64,000 nucleotides of DNA from an uncultured virus (IMG/VR IMGVR_UViG_3300012005_000005) (IMGVR_UViG_3300012005_000005), one strand, 5' to 3'; positions 10,420 to 21,960 are shown, counted from the stretch's first letter. The notes: generated from the letters alone by a model not told the origin. A program made the numbers and translations.

Positions 10420-13400
10420 TTATTTTTTATTAGCTTTATATTGGATGTACCTATTATACTTACCAAGTTGTACTAAGTATTTAGCCCTATCTCCAGGTTT
10501 TAAACTTGAAGGATCTACTCCATTAGATTCAAGTAAAGAATTCAAGTCTAAATTACCACTACTTGTTCCTGAACTTACAGGAGGTCTAAACATAAGTTGT
10601 TTACCATTATAATCCCCTCCTGGAGTATAGTTAGGGAATAGTTTCATTAGCAAGTTTCCTTCTAAGTTAAACTTCTTATTCTGAGCAATTCTTGTATATA
10701 GAGAGTCTGAAGCAGTAAGTTTCTGTTGTCTAACAGCTTCATCAGTTGCTAAGTTCTTTCTTTCAAAGTCAGCTCTTGCAGCTTGGTCTAATTGAGATTG
10801 TCTATCAGAAGCATTAGCGTTATATTCTGTTTCTGTATTTTTTATTCCTGCGTTAGTATTTTCTGCATTTCCTAATACTTGATTATTAAGGGCATATTTT
10901 CTTGCATATAGATTTCCTATATCAGCTGTCTGTGCACCCCCGCTTACTCCTGAAGAAACCAAAGCATTGAGCTCTGCATTAAAGTCAGATTGTCCTTGTT
11001 GAAGCGTAGGAAGCGGATTTACGCCTCTTAATTGAATTTGCTTAGCAGTGGCAGGATTATAGTTTATTGGGGCTTTAGTAGCCCCTAATAGAGCCTGAAG
11101 AGGCCCAGCTACATCATACCATTGCAAAGGCTTATTAAAAGCATTAGTTGACTTATTTGTGGTATATTGTGTATTAGTTAAATTTGTTACACCATTGCCA
11201 GGCTTCGCAGTACCTGTTACATTAGGATTATTTGTATAATCTTCGGCTGTACCATTGGTAGAAACAGTATTTGGCTGTGTTTTAGAATTCTGCCATTGTT
11301 CATAGGCAGAGTCCCACCTGTGTCCAAGTCTATTATCTACCCAATTTGCTACTGTATTAGTAGCAGGGGGTGTATTTGGATTGCCAAACTTATCATGTAA
11401 ATTAATTATTCCTGATTGTAAATCTTGTGTACCAGCATCCCCATTCTGATTAAGAAGAAATTGTTGGAACTCTCTTGTGCCACTCCCCTTAAATCCTAAA
11501 TCATTAGCCATAGCATCCCACTGAACTGTAGAATACTTAGAAGCATTTGCATTAGAATTTTTATCCCCTTTATAAGCATTTATCCCATACTGAGCTTTTA
11601 CAGGAATATTTTTATCATATCCATAAGAATGAATAGGATCTGCATCATTATTTAAAATAGGTTTTAATCCATATTGAGCTTTTTTACCATTATCCTGTAT
11701 TCCAAACAAAGATTTTACGCCTTCTTGGTGGTCAAATAGAGTATTGAACATATCATTCTCACTTGGTAATTGACTAAGTGTATTAACATTAAATTTCATA
11801 GAGTTAAGAGTATAAGGGTCATTTCCATTTTCATCTCTTGAATCTACATTATTTTTAATTTTATTGGTAATAGCATTGCTCTTCTTATTATAGAATTCAA
11901 TAGCCTTTTCATGAGCCTTAGAATGAGATAAAGAAGTTTTAGGTTTAAAGCCTAACATACTTTCTACTTGCTTAGGAGCAATTTTTAATAGTTTAGATGC
12001 TTTATCTTTTCTTTTATCTGATGTATCTTCTAAAACTTTTGCCGCATTAGGAACTTGTACACCACCTTCTTCATGAGTTCCAGCACCTTCAGGTACTTTA
12101 TTAATATCTCCTTGAGGTGTTTGATAATTCTCTCCTTCTTCTAACTCAGCCTGTTGTCCATCATTATCATCTTGTGGACTATCATCTCCACCTGCTTGAT
12201 TTGTAGGCTGCTGTTGAGGTTGTCCTTGTTGCTGTTGAGGCTGCTGCTGTTGCTGCAATTGTTGAACTACTTCTTGTACTATTTGAGTAGCTTTATCTTG
12301 AGGCACTCCTGACTGAATTAGTTTCTGTACAACATCTTGTGGAGAAGCTCCTTGTTGTAACATAGATGCTACTTCTTGGTCAAGTTTTTCATCTCCTTGA
12401 CTATCCTCTCCTCCTCCTGCTTGAAAAGCTGCTGTTGCTGCAAGTCCTAAGTCTTTAGTTTTGGTTTCTTGTGGTGTTTGAGTAGTCATATATGCTTCGG
12501 GAAATTTATAAGAAGAAGTTTTAGAACCTAACCAACCATCTACTTTAGATAATCCTGTCATAAAATTATCTTCTGTTACGCCTGAATCAAAGGCTCTTTT
12601 ATTTGCTTTTACCTCATTTATTGCTTGTTGGCGATAGTTTTGTAACTCTTGTTGAATTTTTGGAACCATTGAATAATTTAAAGTACTATTAGGATTTTGC
12701 TGTAAATATTCATTCAGTGTTTGTTGTCCTAAATTTTTACTTTTTACATCCAAATCAGGAGAACCTGCGATTCCTTTTTGTTTAGCAAAATCCACAAAAC
12801 TGTTCCACTCTTTCATTGTTTGAGGATTTACATATCCTCCTGTTTGATGAAATCCATGATGCTTTTTAAATGTCTTGGCAAGATTATATTGAGGTGAACC
12901 TACAGGGCATTCTGATGTTCCCATAGGGGTACATCTTCCTTTATGCAAATTTTTAGGAATCCATTTTCCACCATTTTTCATCATATCTCTATCCATATCC
13001 ATCATTGCATCTTTGTCCTTATCTGTATCTTTTACATGTCTGCGTTTTCCACCCATCTTATAAGTTATAGAACTCTTATCTAACCCATCTTGATTAGCTG
13101 TAGAATAATCAGGATTCTGGAAAGACTGTATATTTTGAAATCTTTCTCTTTTATCTATTCCTGCGTTTGTAACTGTATTAGCAATTCCTGTGGTGGCTTG
13201 TGCTAAAATATTAAATAATTTGAATAGAGGATGATAAGTTAAATCACCTGTATTTTCCATCTTATTAAAAGGTAATAAAGAGTTTGGGTCTTGTCCACCA
13301 AGAGTAGGTTTTTGTCCATAAAAAGGATTAAAATCTGTTGGAGTGGATTCATTAGGTGTTAGACCTTGTGCCTGCATAAATTGTTCAGGTGTAGGAATAC

Positions 13401-13488
13401 CTTCTAAAGGATTCTTCTTATTAAAAGTATTTCCTCCAATTTGATATTTTTTTGATTTACCACCGCTTTTATAGAGTTTCTTTTTCAT
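10420..13488 (-). CDS. Cargo protein 1-like (crAss001 gp45-like)
   Basis: AELEEGE...GAGTHEEGGVQV motif, repeated xQxGG motifs, Gln-rich linker; lies downstream of the muzzle gene. Confidence 0.7.
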   Translation of the reverse strand: MKKKLYKSGGKSKKYQIGGNTFNKKNPLEGIPTPEQFMQAQGLTPNESTPTDFNPFYGQKPTLGGQDPNSLLPFNKMENTGDLTYHPLFKLFNILAQATTGIANTVTNAGIDKRERFQNIQSFQNPDYSTANQDGLDKSSITYKMGGKRRHVKDTDKDKDAMMDMDRDMMKNGGKWIPKNLHKGRCTPMGTSECPVGSPQYNLAKTFKKHHGFHQTGGYVNPQTMKEWNSFVDFAKQKGIAGSPDLDVKSKNLGQQTLNEYLQQNPNSTLNYSMVPKIQQELQNYRQQAINEVKANKRAFDSGVTEDNFMTGLSKVDGWLGSKTSSYKFPEAYMTTQTPQETKTKDLGLAATAAFQAGGGEDSQGDEKLDQEVASMLQQGASPQDVVQKLIQSGVPQDKATQIVQEVVQQLQQQQQPQQQQGQPQQQPTNQAGGDDSPQDDNDGQQAELEEGENYQTPQGDINKVPEGAGTHEEGGVQVPNAAKVLEDTSDKRKDKASKLLKIAPKQVESMLGFKPKTSLSHSKAHEKAIEFYNKKSNAITNKIKNNVDSRDENGNDPYTLNSMKFNVNTLSQLPSENDMFNTLFDHQEGVKSLFGIQDNGKKAQYGLKPILNNDADPIHSYGYDKNIPVKAQYGINAYKGDKNSNANASKYSTVQWDAMANDLGFKGSGTREFQQFLLNQNGDAGTQDLQSGIINLHDKFGNPNTPPATNTVANWVDNRLGHRWDSAYEQWQNSKTQPNTVSTNGTAEDYTNNPNVTGTAKPGNGVTNLTNTQYTTNKSTNAFNKPLQWYDVAGPLQALLGATKAPINYNPATAKQIQLRGVNPLPTLQQGQSDFNAELNALVSSGVSGGAQTADIGNLYARKYALNNQVLGNAENTNAGIKNTETEYNANASDRQSQLDQAARADFERKNLATDEAVRQQKLTASDSLYTRIAQNKKFNLEGNLLMKLFPNYTPGGDYNGKQLMFRPPVSSGTSSGNLDLNSLLESNGVDPSSLKPGDRAKYLVQLGKYNRYIQYKANKK

Positions 13489-13490
13489 AA

Positions 13491-14585
13491 TTATTTTATT
13501 TTTAACTCATACACCTTTCCTTTTAAGCGGGTAGTGTCTTTGTTACCTTTTAATATTTTTTTATTCCCATAACTATCTTTAACCATGACTGGCTGCCCAC
13601 TGTCTAATCCTCTAATAGTATTATAAGTGTTAGGAAGATTTAATGTCATAGAATCATATGGACTATTATTCAATCCATTATATAATTCTTCAGGAGTATT
13701 AGCAATTGCTCCTCCTGTTTGTTTTATTGCATTCGTTGCATATTGTCCTGCTGTTAACTTGTTTCCTGCTTCAGGATGAGGTACTTGATTGTCAGGATAA
13801 TTTGGATTACCTGTATACCATCCTTTAGCTATCATGTATTCTCTTTGTTTTCCTGTTATATTAGCAGGAATATTTTTGTCTAAGTCTTCTCTATAAGCAT
13901 TATTTACCATAGATTCAAAATTAGGGTCTGTCCTAAATTTTTGCTCTGCTGCTGTAGTATCTGTAATTCCTAATTTCGTATACATTAACATTCTTGTTCC
14001 TTTTACCATTTGTCCCCTCCCAAGTGCGGAAGATGTTTTTGATTGTTGTCCTGTTGCAGCTCCTTCATTTTTATAAATACCTGAAAATCCATGAGGAATA
14101 TCAGTGTTATAATTAAAAGTTTGAGGAACACCACTTCCATCTGTAGATGGCATATCTCCAAATACTATAGGATCATTATTATCATCTTGTGAAAATAATA
14201 AATTTAGCATATCATCATTTTTATAGGACTCATCTACCATTGGATCATAATTTCCTCTTGATTGATTTCCTATTAAAGATCTTAGGTCTTCAATTTGTGA
14301 ACTTAAATCATCAAAACTACTACTGTAGTCCTTCTGAGGCGTAACATCAGTTTGAACAGGTTGTGTCTGCTGCTGATCTTCTTGCTCTTTTTGAGCTGCT
14401 GCTTGGTATAGAGTACTAAAAAAATTGTTATCATCCTGAGCAGATTGCTCATCATTTCCACCAAATTGATACTTTCTTACTTTCTTAGGCAAAGATTTCT
14501 GATCCGTCATCGCTGCCCATTTTTTTGCAAATTTTTGATGTGTGGAAAATGCCCAACGTTCTTGCTGTTTACTTTTAAAAGGCAA
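13491..14585 (-). CDS. Virion protein with putative lysozyme/transglycosylase-like domain
   Basis: NEG...SSALGRGQMV resembles the SLT-like E...SSAxGxxQ motif; TTG start. Confidence 0.5.
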   Translation of the reverse strand: MPFKSKQQERWAFSTHQKFAKKWAAMTDQKSLPKKVRKYQFGGNDEQSAQDDNNFFSTLYQAAAQKEQEDQQQTQPVQTDVTPQKDYSSSFDDLSSQIEDLRSLIGNQSRGNYDPMVDESYKNDDMLNLLFSQDDNNDPIVFGDMPSTDGSGVPQTFNYNTDIPHGFSGIYKNEGAATGQQSKTSSALGRGQMVKGTRMLMYTKLGITDTTAAEQKFRTDPNFESMVNNAYREDLDKNIPANITGKQREYMIAKGWYTGNPNYPDNQVPHPEAGNKLTAGQYATNAIKQTGGAIANTPEELYNGLNNSPYDSMTLNLPNTYNTIRGLDSGQPVMVKDSYGNKKILKGNKDTTRLKGKVYELKIK

Positions 14586-14723
14586 TTTGTTCTTTTTTAA
14601 TTTGTTGTTTAATAGCTCTTCTTCTGTTCCTTGCTCCTAATTTTTTACCAAATGATCTTGCATGTTGCACACACAGGCCATTATAAAATGAATTTTCTTT
14701 CTTATTTAAAACTCTTCTACTCA

Positions 14724-17700
14724 TTATCTTATACTTTGACTTTGATTATTTTTACCCTCTTTAAATATAAATTTAAATCTACTTTCTGCATCCTGAATGT
14801 ACCTAACAGCAACATATTGTCCTCTTATTTCTGCATTCATTTGCTCTCCTTTATAGAAATTGAAAGCTTTTGGATTTAGAGTTTGAGTGACATTAGCACA
14901 ATCTAATAACCAAATAGGTACATTCCTTGTCTGACTATCAACATTATCCCAAAATTGATTCAAATTCCAAACATTGTTAGAATTTGTCACCTCTACTTTC
15001 ATTGATTTATCTGTAGCAAGAGGATATACTCCTGTACTACTTAAATCCTCTTCATTCTTCACTACTAACTCAAGAAGTCCTGAACACTGTCTTTGATTAA
15101 ATACAATAGCTTTATTAAATGTAATGTCTCTTTTAAATGACCAATCATATTGGTTATGGTATCTTAAAACATCCACATCAAAAGTTATAAATGTAGAGAA
15201 GTTTTGTTGAGAAGCTTTCTCATTAGTCATATAACCAAGTCTGGGTCTTTCAGAAATAGTTTCTACTATAAATGGATATAGTTTTCCAAAATAAACTTGG
15301 TATGATTTATTAGTTACTCCTTGACTCCATACAGAAGATTGTGTTTTTCCGTTTATACCAGCTTGAAAATAGTCTATATGTTGTACATAATAATTAGGAA
15401 TAAAAGAGTGAAATGATTTCCATTCTTTTGTCATAAAATTATAACTTCTTGTCCAAGACTTATCACAAAAATATTTAGGGTCATCTAAAAATACTTCTGT
15501 TCTTAAAGGTGTAGTAGTGGGTGCTTTTGTTAATGTTATTATACAATCATAACTTCCGTCTAATTGCTGTTCAGGAGCTTGACAATCAGGACAAATATAA
15601 TTAAAATTAGAAATAGAATCTCCTACTAAAGAAGAAGAACTAAATATAACATTTAAATCTGCTAAAGAAGATGCTGCAAGTAGCTCTGCCCTTGTATTAT
15701 CATAAATTTCTGCTGCAAATACAGCAATTGAGTCTATATTAAGTCCATACAACTCTACATAATTCTTACCTGCTGTTAAAGTTACTGGGTAAACATGAAA
15801 GAATTTAAAAGTAACTTGAGTATCTGTACTATGATTTAATGCCATCGCATCAGGATCAAAGTCTACTATTAAATTACATCCTATTTTAATTCTTGCTTTA
15901 TTATCTCCTGCAACTCCTACATAATAGGTTTTTGTTGTAGGAACATCTATTTCTTTTGTTACTCCCACCCACTCATTTAGAGGATCATTTCCTAATGAAT
16001 TCCATATACCTAATCTATTAACTGGGCCAAGTAATCCTGTATAAGGAGCAGGGTTAGTCCACAATGTATTAGTTGAAGTTGGATCAAGTAAAGTGAATGT
16101 TCCAGTACCATTAACATTATAACCAGCATCATAAATAACACTTCCAAATTGTCCATACACTTCAGAAGTTCTTGATACTGGAATAAAATCAGGAAGATTG
16201 TTTATTTTTTCTGCTGCAACTTTTGTAGTGAGAACACACATATCTCCTACTAAAGTATATCCAGGATCACATGAAAAAGTGTTTCCACTTGCGTTTATAT
16301 AAAAATGACCACCATCTTCTATTATACTATTATATTTCTTCTTATAGTCTTTTTTAGTTAAAAATATTCTACTATATCTTTTATCAAAAGCCATAGTGAG
16401 ACCTATTCCTCTAAAGGTATTGTCTAAATATTTATCTTCTAATGTAGGAAATTGCTTTAACAAAGTGAAAGGCAAATTTTCTTTAAACCAATTTCTTACA
16501 TTCTCTTCACATAAATCCTGAACTCCCTTTGCATTAGGAGCTAAATTAAATACTTGTCCTCTTCTTGCATCAGGAAATATATGTCCAAATTCTGTATGTA
16601 AAATAGTTTTGTGCTGACTTCCCGCATATCCTAATGTAGTAGTAGCAAAATCTTGTGGTCTTGTTGCAAAAACTCCCCCCGAACCTATCTGAACATCAGC
16701 TCCTCCTGATTGTGTTTTAATAACATCATAAGCATTAAATATTTGCAAACCATTCTCAAATCTTACAAGTACTTTTTCATTCTCTATACCGTCTACAGAA
16801 ATTAGTTTTCCTAAAGATAGTGGAAAATCATAATAATTATTTGCTTTTGATATAATCCAGTTGTCACCAAATTTATTTGCACTCACTTCATCGTAATAGA
16901 TTACTCTGTTAGGATGGGTTATTTTACATTGTCTATTATCAAATGTAGCTTGATTTATACAAATTATGCTTTCATGGTTTTGCTTTGAATAAGTCTTATT
17001 ATAATCATAAAAATTATCATAAGTGATAGGAACATTATTCTCTTGTAACCAAAAATCTAAATTAGATTGATGTGGATAAAAATCATGTTCTTTGTTATTA
17101 GTACCATATCTCAGATCTACATTTATATCACTTTCTACTAAGAAATATGGAATTCCATAATTATATACATGTATGTATCCCTTCTGATAAAATCTTAATG
17201 CAAACTTAGTATCTCTTGCATCTAATCTTGATTTAGGAGCACCTACTAAAGCAGATAATTGCAATATAGTTCCAATTCCCCCATCTTCTATTTTTTCAAG
17301 AAGAGTTTCATTACTATTAAAATAATAATTGGGGTATCCTATATTACCAAGATCGCTGTAATTAACAGAACCTTCATCTTGTGTTTTAAATCTTGTTTGT
17401 AAATAAAAAGGCACTTTAATTTTTAATGCAAATCTATTTATAAATACATCTCCTCCAAAAACATGACTACAATTATCATAAGTATTAGATAAGTTAAATA
17501 CACAACTATTTGTCTCTAAATAATCTATTTTAAAAATATCACCATATTGATTTGGTACGAAATTTTTTAATGCTGCATAATAGGAAGATATATTTCTATA
17601 CACTCTATTGCCTAACTCATCATAACCTACACCAAAATCATTCATAGTACCTCTACTGTTATCTATAACAGATGGGTTATCTAATGGTATGGAATTATCT

Positions 17701-20540
17701 ATTTTTAAATACACAGATGACTCTCTCTCCCAATTATTAATTAATACACTTGAAAATACACCTAACTCATCTTCATTAATAACTTGATTTTCAGGTTCTA
17801 AATAAGCTCCTTTAAGTATTTGACGTATTTTTTTACCAGCGTCTTTTGCTACACATTTATAATTATTATACTTACCTACAGAATTATATTGTATTGCCAT
17901 ATTTTTTAAAGGTAATAAAGCAAGAATTAGATTCTTACTTATTTGCATTTCATTTAATCCTAATGTTATCCTATATATGCTTTGATTTAGTAAACTTCCT
18001 AATCCAAGAGAAAGAAATTCTAAGTGAAAAGGACTTAAGTTTTGATAAGTACTCCCTGTACAAGTAGTTTTAGTAACTTCATCTACCAAAACAGGAACCT
18101 GACCAACTTGTGATCCTGATTTTTTTCCATAAGGAATAAATGGTTTATAATCATAAGTTGTTGTTCCAGTACCAGCAGCAGTAAATGGGTTTGGAACAGG
18201 AACAGTTGATATGAGTCCTGTTCCTAAATATAATTCACCTGTTACTATACCCACAGGAGTTGTTCCTGTTACAGTTGCAGTAGATATACTCTTTGATTTA
18301 GTAGTGTATGTTACACATTCTTTCTCCCCTGTTGCGCTCCAAGCTGCTGCTAAACCTGCTGCAAATGTAAAAGATGCTGCCAATGTAGATAATAATCTAT
18401 ACTTAGCCTGTCCTCCTGCCAAATTAAAATACCCTTCAGATTGTCCAAATTCTTCTGTTTCTAAATGTAATTCTGTTCCTACTGTAGGATTTACAAAATG
18501 TGTGTCTGGAGAATGGAATGTATATCTGCTACTTTTTGTAAATACGTTTGGTGTTGGTGAAGATGTATTAGAACCATTATAAGTAGTTTTAGTATTGCTA
18601 ATAAAATTATCAGGCTGCAAATCATTATAAGGATAATTTGCATAATAATGCTTCTGATTAAACTTATCATAAGACCACATGTCAAATAACAATCCTTTAG
18701 CAATAACAGATTTATTACCAACTCTATTCCCTCTTACTATTCTGTAACCTACTATTCTATTTCTATCTCTTTGTGTTAAAATTCCATCATTTACAGCTTG
18801 TGCGAGAGTATTTAAAACACTACTGTGATCCACTCTAACACCAATAGGATAAACAATATTATTTTCTGTATAATCTTTAGTTGATCCACTGGGCTGATAT
18901 AATCCGTCATGTATATGACTTATACAACTGTCAGGAAACTTATGATGTCTAATAGGTTTACCACATAGCGCTCCCCAAGTTTGAGGATCATCAGGATAGG
19001 TTTCTGTAGATTCCCAATAAGACATTTGTCCTTCTTCCCAGCATTTAGTATCATCACAATCTAATGTAAGTTCATGTGGAGTAGAAGTTACAGTACCTGT
19101 ATTATATACTTGCCATCTTTTATTACGTGTTAATCCTCCGCATGTAGTGTCTACTAATACATCATCATTATTGATAATATCCAAATCAGTGGTAAAAGAT
19201 TCTCTTCCAGGAATATGTACTACACAAAAATCTTCTCCTGTATCATTAACAAATACTAATCCATAAGGATAAACCTCATCTCTCATACAGCTCTTAAATC
19301 TCCAGGAGTTTTGTGGATTACTGTATACAGATTCTGGTATAGCTACTGTCTGCCAGTATAAATGAATAGAACTTGCTACAGATTGTAAATTTGGCTTATC
19401 ATACTCTGCTACGTCAGCATAGAATAAAAAATTATTAGATTTAGTAATACTGTTAGCAGTTTGATAAAATACCCTTTTAAATAAAACATCGGTTGCTGTT
19501 AATATAGGTAATGTCTTATCATCTCCTGTATAAACATATTTATTTTTTGTTACAGGAAAAGTACCTGCTAATTTAAAGGAAGTAAAATTATCAATAGTTT
19601 CTGCAATTACTAAATTATAATAGCCAAATAAAGTATTTGTATCTAATCCATTTATGGTTATTGATAATGCTTTATCTGTTTGATAATTAGTATCTACAGT
19701 GATATATTTATTAAAAACTGGAATTGGTTGGGTTGCTGGATAATACTGAGATAATGCATTTCCTTGAGCATCTGCGTAAGATACAAGTACTTGATATACA
19801 CCAGCTAAATTTGAACCTCCTTGAACCTCTTCTATATCACTTATACAAGGAATAGAATGAGCTGGATTATACTTAATTTTATTACAATCTAAATCGGTTC
19901 CATAAATAGGAACTATACAATCAGGAGTAGTATATCCTGTAATTACCTTAAATCTGTCATCTAATAATAGTGCATCTCTTTGATTATTATTTGTGTAGGT
20001 AAAATACATAAACCTCATATCATTGAGGTCATCTGTGATATAAATATTTATTCCACAGTCTGTTATTCTGTATTCTATATTTACAGGATTATCTAAATTA
20101 AACCCAAGACATGTATTAGATGTTATAGTGTTATAAGTACAATATGGAATCTGTACAGTTTTTTCTAATGGAAGGGGTAATCTTTGTTCTACTTCTTCAC
20201 AATCTGTACATCCTGCATTCCCATAAGCGTCGTCTGAAGAATCATCAAAATTACATGTATAGACCTCTCCTATCTCACTTGCTCCTGTACTTGGATTTAC
20301 TAAAGCATATAACACCCTGTTTTGTTCATGTACTTCAGCTTTTCCTATTACTTGAAAACCAGTTGAAAATTTAACAGCCAGTATATTAGACTCCATATTT
20401 TGAACAGAATAACCTTCTCCTGTCTTATCTTCTATAGAAGCATTTAACAAGAATGGTGTAGACTGTCCTCCACTATTAAACAAAGAAAAATCAGAATTGA
20501 TTCCTGAATTTGGAGAACTTGTATTTGAAGTAATTGGCAT
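14724..20540 (-). CDS. Tail muzzle/stabilisation protein (crAss001 gp44-like)
   Basis: 1938 aa; PIRHHKFPD, IVGYRIVRGNR, FHSPDTHF, GGDVFINRF and WKSFHSFIP motifs typical of the crAss-like muzzle; synteny. Confidence 0.8.
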   Translation of the reverse strand: MPITSNTSSPNSGINSDFSLFNSGGQSTPFLLNASIEDKTGEGYSVQNMESNILAVKFSTGFQVIGKAEVHEQNRVLYALVNPSTGASEIGEVYTCNFDDSSDDAYGNAGCTDCEEVEQRLPLPLEKTVQIPYCTYNTITSNTCLGFNLDNPVNIEYRITDCGINIYITDDLNDMRFMYFTYTNNNQRDALLLDDRFKVITGYTTPDCIVPIYGTDLDCNKIKYNPAHSIPCISDIEEVQGGSNLAGVYQVLVSYADAQGNALSQYYPATQPIPVFNKYITVDTNYQTDKALSITINGLDTNTLFGYYNLVIAETIDNFTSFKLAGTFPVTKNKYVYTGDDKTLPILTATDVLFKRVFYQTANSITKSNNFLFYADVAEYDKPNLQSVASSIHLYWQTVAIPESVYSNPQNSWRFKSCMRDEVYPYGLVFVNDTGEDFCVVHIPGRESFTTDLDIINNDDVLVDTTCGGLTRNKRWQVYNTGTVTSTPHELTLDCDDTKCWEEGQMSYWESTETYPDDPQTWGALCGKPIRHHKFPDSCISHIHDGLYQPSGSTKDYTENNIVYPIGVRVDHSSVLNTLAQAVNDGILTQRDRNRIVGYRIVRGNRVGNKSVIAKGLLFDMWSYDKFNQKHYYANYPYNDLQPDNFISNTKTTYNGSNTSSPTPNVFTKSSRYTFHSPDTHFVNPTVGTELHLETEEFGQSEGYFNLAGGQAKYRLLSTLAASFTFAAGLAAAWSATGEKECVTYTTKSKSISTATVTGTTPVGIVTGELYLGTGLISTVPVPNPFTAAGTGTTTYDYKPFIPYGKKSGSQVGQVPVLVDEVTKTTCTGSTYQNLSPFHLEFLSLGLGSLLNQSIYRITLGLNEMQISKNLILALLPLKNMAIQYNSVGKYNNYKCVAKDAGKKIRQILKGAYLEPENQVINEDELGVFSSVLINNWERESSVYLKIDNSIPLDNPSVIDNSRGTMNDFGVGYDELGNRVYRNISSYYAALKNFVPNQYGDIFKIDYLETNSCVFNLSNTYDNCSHVFGGDVFINRFALKIKVPFYLQTRFKTQDEGSVNYSDLGNIGYPNYYFNSNETLLEKIEDGGIGTILQLSALVGAPKSRLDARDTKFALRFYQKGYIHVYNYGIPYFLVESDINVDLRYGTNNKEHDFYPHQSNLDFWLQENNVPITYDNFYDYNKTYSKQNHESIICINQATFDNRQCKITHPNRVIYYDEVSANKFGDNWIISKANNYYDFPLSLGKLISVDGIENEKVLVRFENGLQIFNAYDVIKTQSGGADVQIGSGGVFATRPQDFATTTLGYAGSQHKTILHTEFGHIFPDARRGQVFNLAPNAKGVQDLCEENVRNWFKENLPFTLLKQFPTLEDKYLDNTFRGIGLTMAFDKRYSRIFLTKKDYKKKYNSIIEDGGHFYINASGNTFSCDPGYTLVGDMCVLTTKVAAEKINNLPDFIPVSRTSEVYGQFGSVIYDAGYNVNGTGTFTLLDPTSTNTLWTNPAPYTGLLGPVNRLGIWNSLGNDPLNEWVGVTKEIDVPTTKTYYVGVAGDNKARIKIGCNLIVDFDPDAMALNHSTDTQVTFKFFHVYPVTLTAGKNYVELYGLNIDSIAVFAAEIYDNTRAELLAASSLADLNVIFSSSSLVGDSISNFNYICPDCQAPEQQLDGSYDCIITLTKAPTTTPLRTEVFLDDPKYFCDKSWTRSYNFMTKEWKSFHSFIPNYYVQHIDYFQAGINGKTQSSVWSQGVTNKSYQVYFGKLYPFIVETISERPRLGYMTNEKASQQNFSTFITFDVDVLRYHNQYDWSFKRDITFNKAIVFNQRQCSGLLELVVKNEEDLSSTGVYPLATDKSMKVEVTNSNNVWNLNQFWDNVDSQTRNVPIWLLDCANVTQTLNPKAFNFYKGEQMNAEIRGQYVAVRYIQDAESRFKFIFKEGKNNQSQSIR

Positions 20541-21445
20541 TAAGAGTGTCTATTTAAATTATTTGCTGTATCCATTTGATAAATTCTTAAATTTCCTCTA
20601 TTGAGCCTCATTTTTTCCACAAGAGCTTGGAAAGTAGGTAATTTTCGTTCATGAAGAGCTTCTGCAAACCAAAATTCATATTCTTGTTTTGCCTGTTGAA
20701 ATTTATTCTGTAAATCAGGTACTTCAGAGTTATACCATAATCCTAATAATGTCTGATATATTATATACCACTCAATCGCTTTTTCTACTGATTTAATATC
20801 AGGAATCATTGGAAGACTTGTAATCTTATCCATTGGAGTACCATAATATTTTATATATACAACATCATGATCAAAATTAGTGTACATATATCTCTCATCT
20901 ATAGTTATCTCATCTTTTCCTCCATGATTAAGAGAAGGGCTATCCTTTTCTATAAATATAGGTTTAACGTTAGGGCTTAGAGTAAGAAGAATTGGAGTTC
21001 CAAAATGCATATATCCTGAGTCAGTTACATAATTTTTAACTGTTATTCTTTCTACTATTTTAACATTATTTTCACAACACTCAATTTCACACCTATTAGC
21101 AGAGGCTATAAGTTCTTGAGTAACGTCCCTCGTCATAGAAAAACTATTACTCTGTAGACGGTCTATAGGTTCATGAGAGAAGAATGGTGTAGTTTTATAG
21201 GCTGCATATAAACTTTTAAAGTTGTCAGGAAGAAGTCCTTTAGAACCCTCTATATAAACTAAGGCATCATCCTCTTTTAATACACCTAATCCAAGCTGAG
21301 CAGTTATATCACTAATATAACGGTGGAACTCTTGTATATTTAATAAATCGAATGCGTTATAAGATTTTAAAAATCTTTTTACATTACTTATTACAATAGA
21401 AGAGTCTTTAAAAATTGTGTTATTTGATGAGGATATTACTGACAT
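20540..21445 (-). CDS. Tail ring/tubular protein
   Basis: YYGTPMD...LPMIPD...AIEWYI motif; directly upstream of the muzzle gene. Confidence 0.7.
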   Translation of the reverse strand: MSVISSSNNTIFKDSSIVISNVKRFLKSYNAFDLLNIQEFHRYISDITAQLGLGVLKEDDALVYIEGSKGLLPDNFKSLYAAYKTTPFFSHEPIDRLQSNSFSMTRDVTQELIASANRCEIECCENNVKIVERITVKNYVTDSGYMHFGTPILLTLSPNVKPIFIEKDSPSLNHGGKDEITIDERYMYTNFDHDVVYIKYYGTPMDKITSLPMIPDIKSVEKAIEWYIIYQTLLGLWYNSEVPDLQNKFQQAKQEYEFWFAEALHERKLPTFQALVEKMRLNRGNLRIYQMDTANNLNRHS

Positions 21446-21954
21446 TATGCTTCTTTATTTTTATATTTTCTATTATAGAGTCTATCTAATTTAGAAGTGT
21501 TCCAAAAATCACTATTTTGCCAATTAAAATATACCATTCCTGCTTTAGTATTAGCTCCTACTTTTCTTGATAGTGCTCTTGCTGATTCAAATTTATATAT
21601 CTCATTGTACTTAAAACGTGCTATAGAAAATTTACACCATTTTATATGACTTATATAGCCAAAAGAATGTAAATTAGTTAAATAAACAGCTTTTTTTAGT
21701 CTTACACTATTTATCCAATCTATAGGTTTTTTATTAGATTTATATTTTGTAACTACTAAATAACCCATTCCTTCAGGTAATTTAAATCCTGTAGGTTCAT
21801 TTGCAACTATATCAAATATAATAGTGTTTGATTCTAAAATTATTTTTTGGAATATTTTAAAGTCTATGTCTATATCAGTGGTTTTTTTAAACTCTTGGTA
21901 TAACTTCTTAGTTATTATATTGTTACGTTTTCGTTTATAGTTTAGGCACGGCAT
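21445..21954 (-). CDS. IHF/HU-like protein of the crAss-like tail module
   Basis: Basic protein with GFKLPEGMGYL motif; synteny. Confidence 0.55.
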   Translation of the reverse strand: MPCLNYKRKRNNIITKKLYQEFKKTTDIDIDFKIFQKIILESNTIIFDIVANEPTGFKLPEGMGYLVVTKYKSNKKPIDWINSVRLKKAVYLTNLHSFGYISHIKWCKFSIARFKYNEIYKFESARALSRKVGANTKAGMVYFNWQNSDFWNTSKLDRLYNRKYKNKEA

Positions 21955-21960
21955 TAATTA

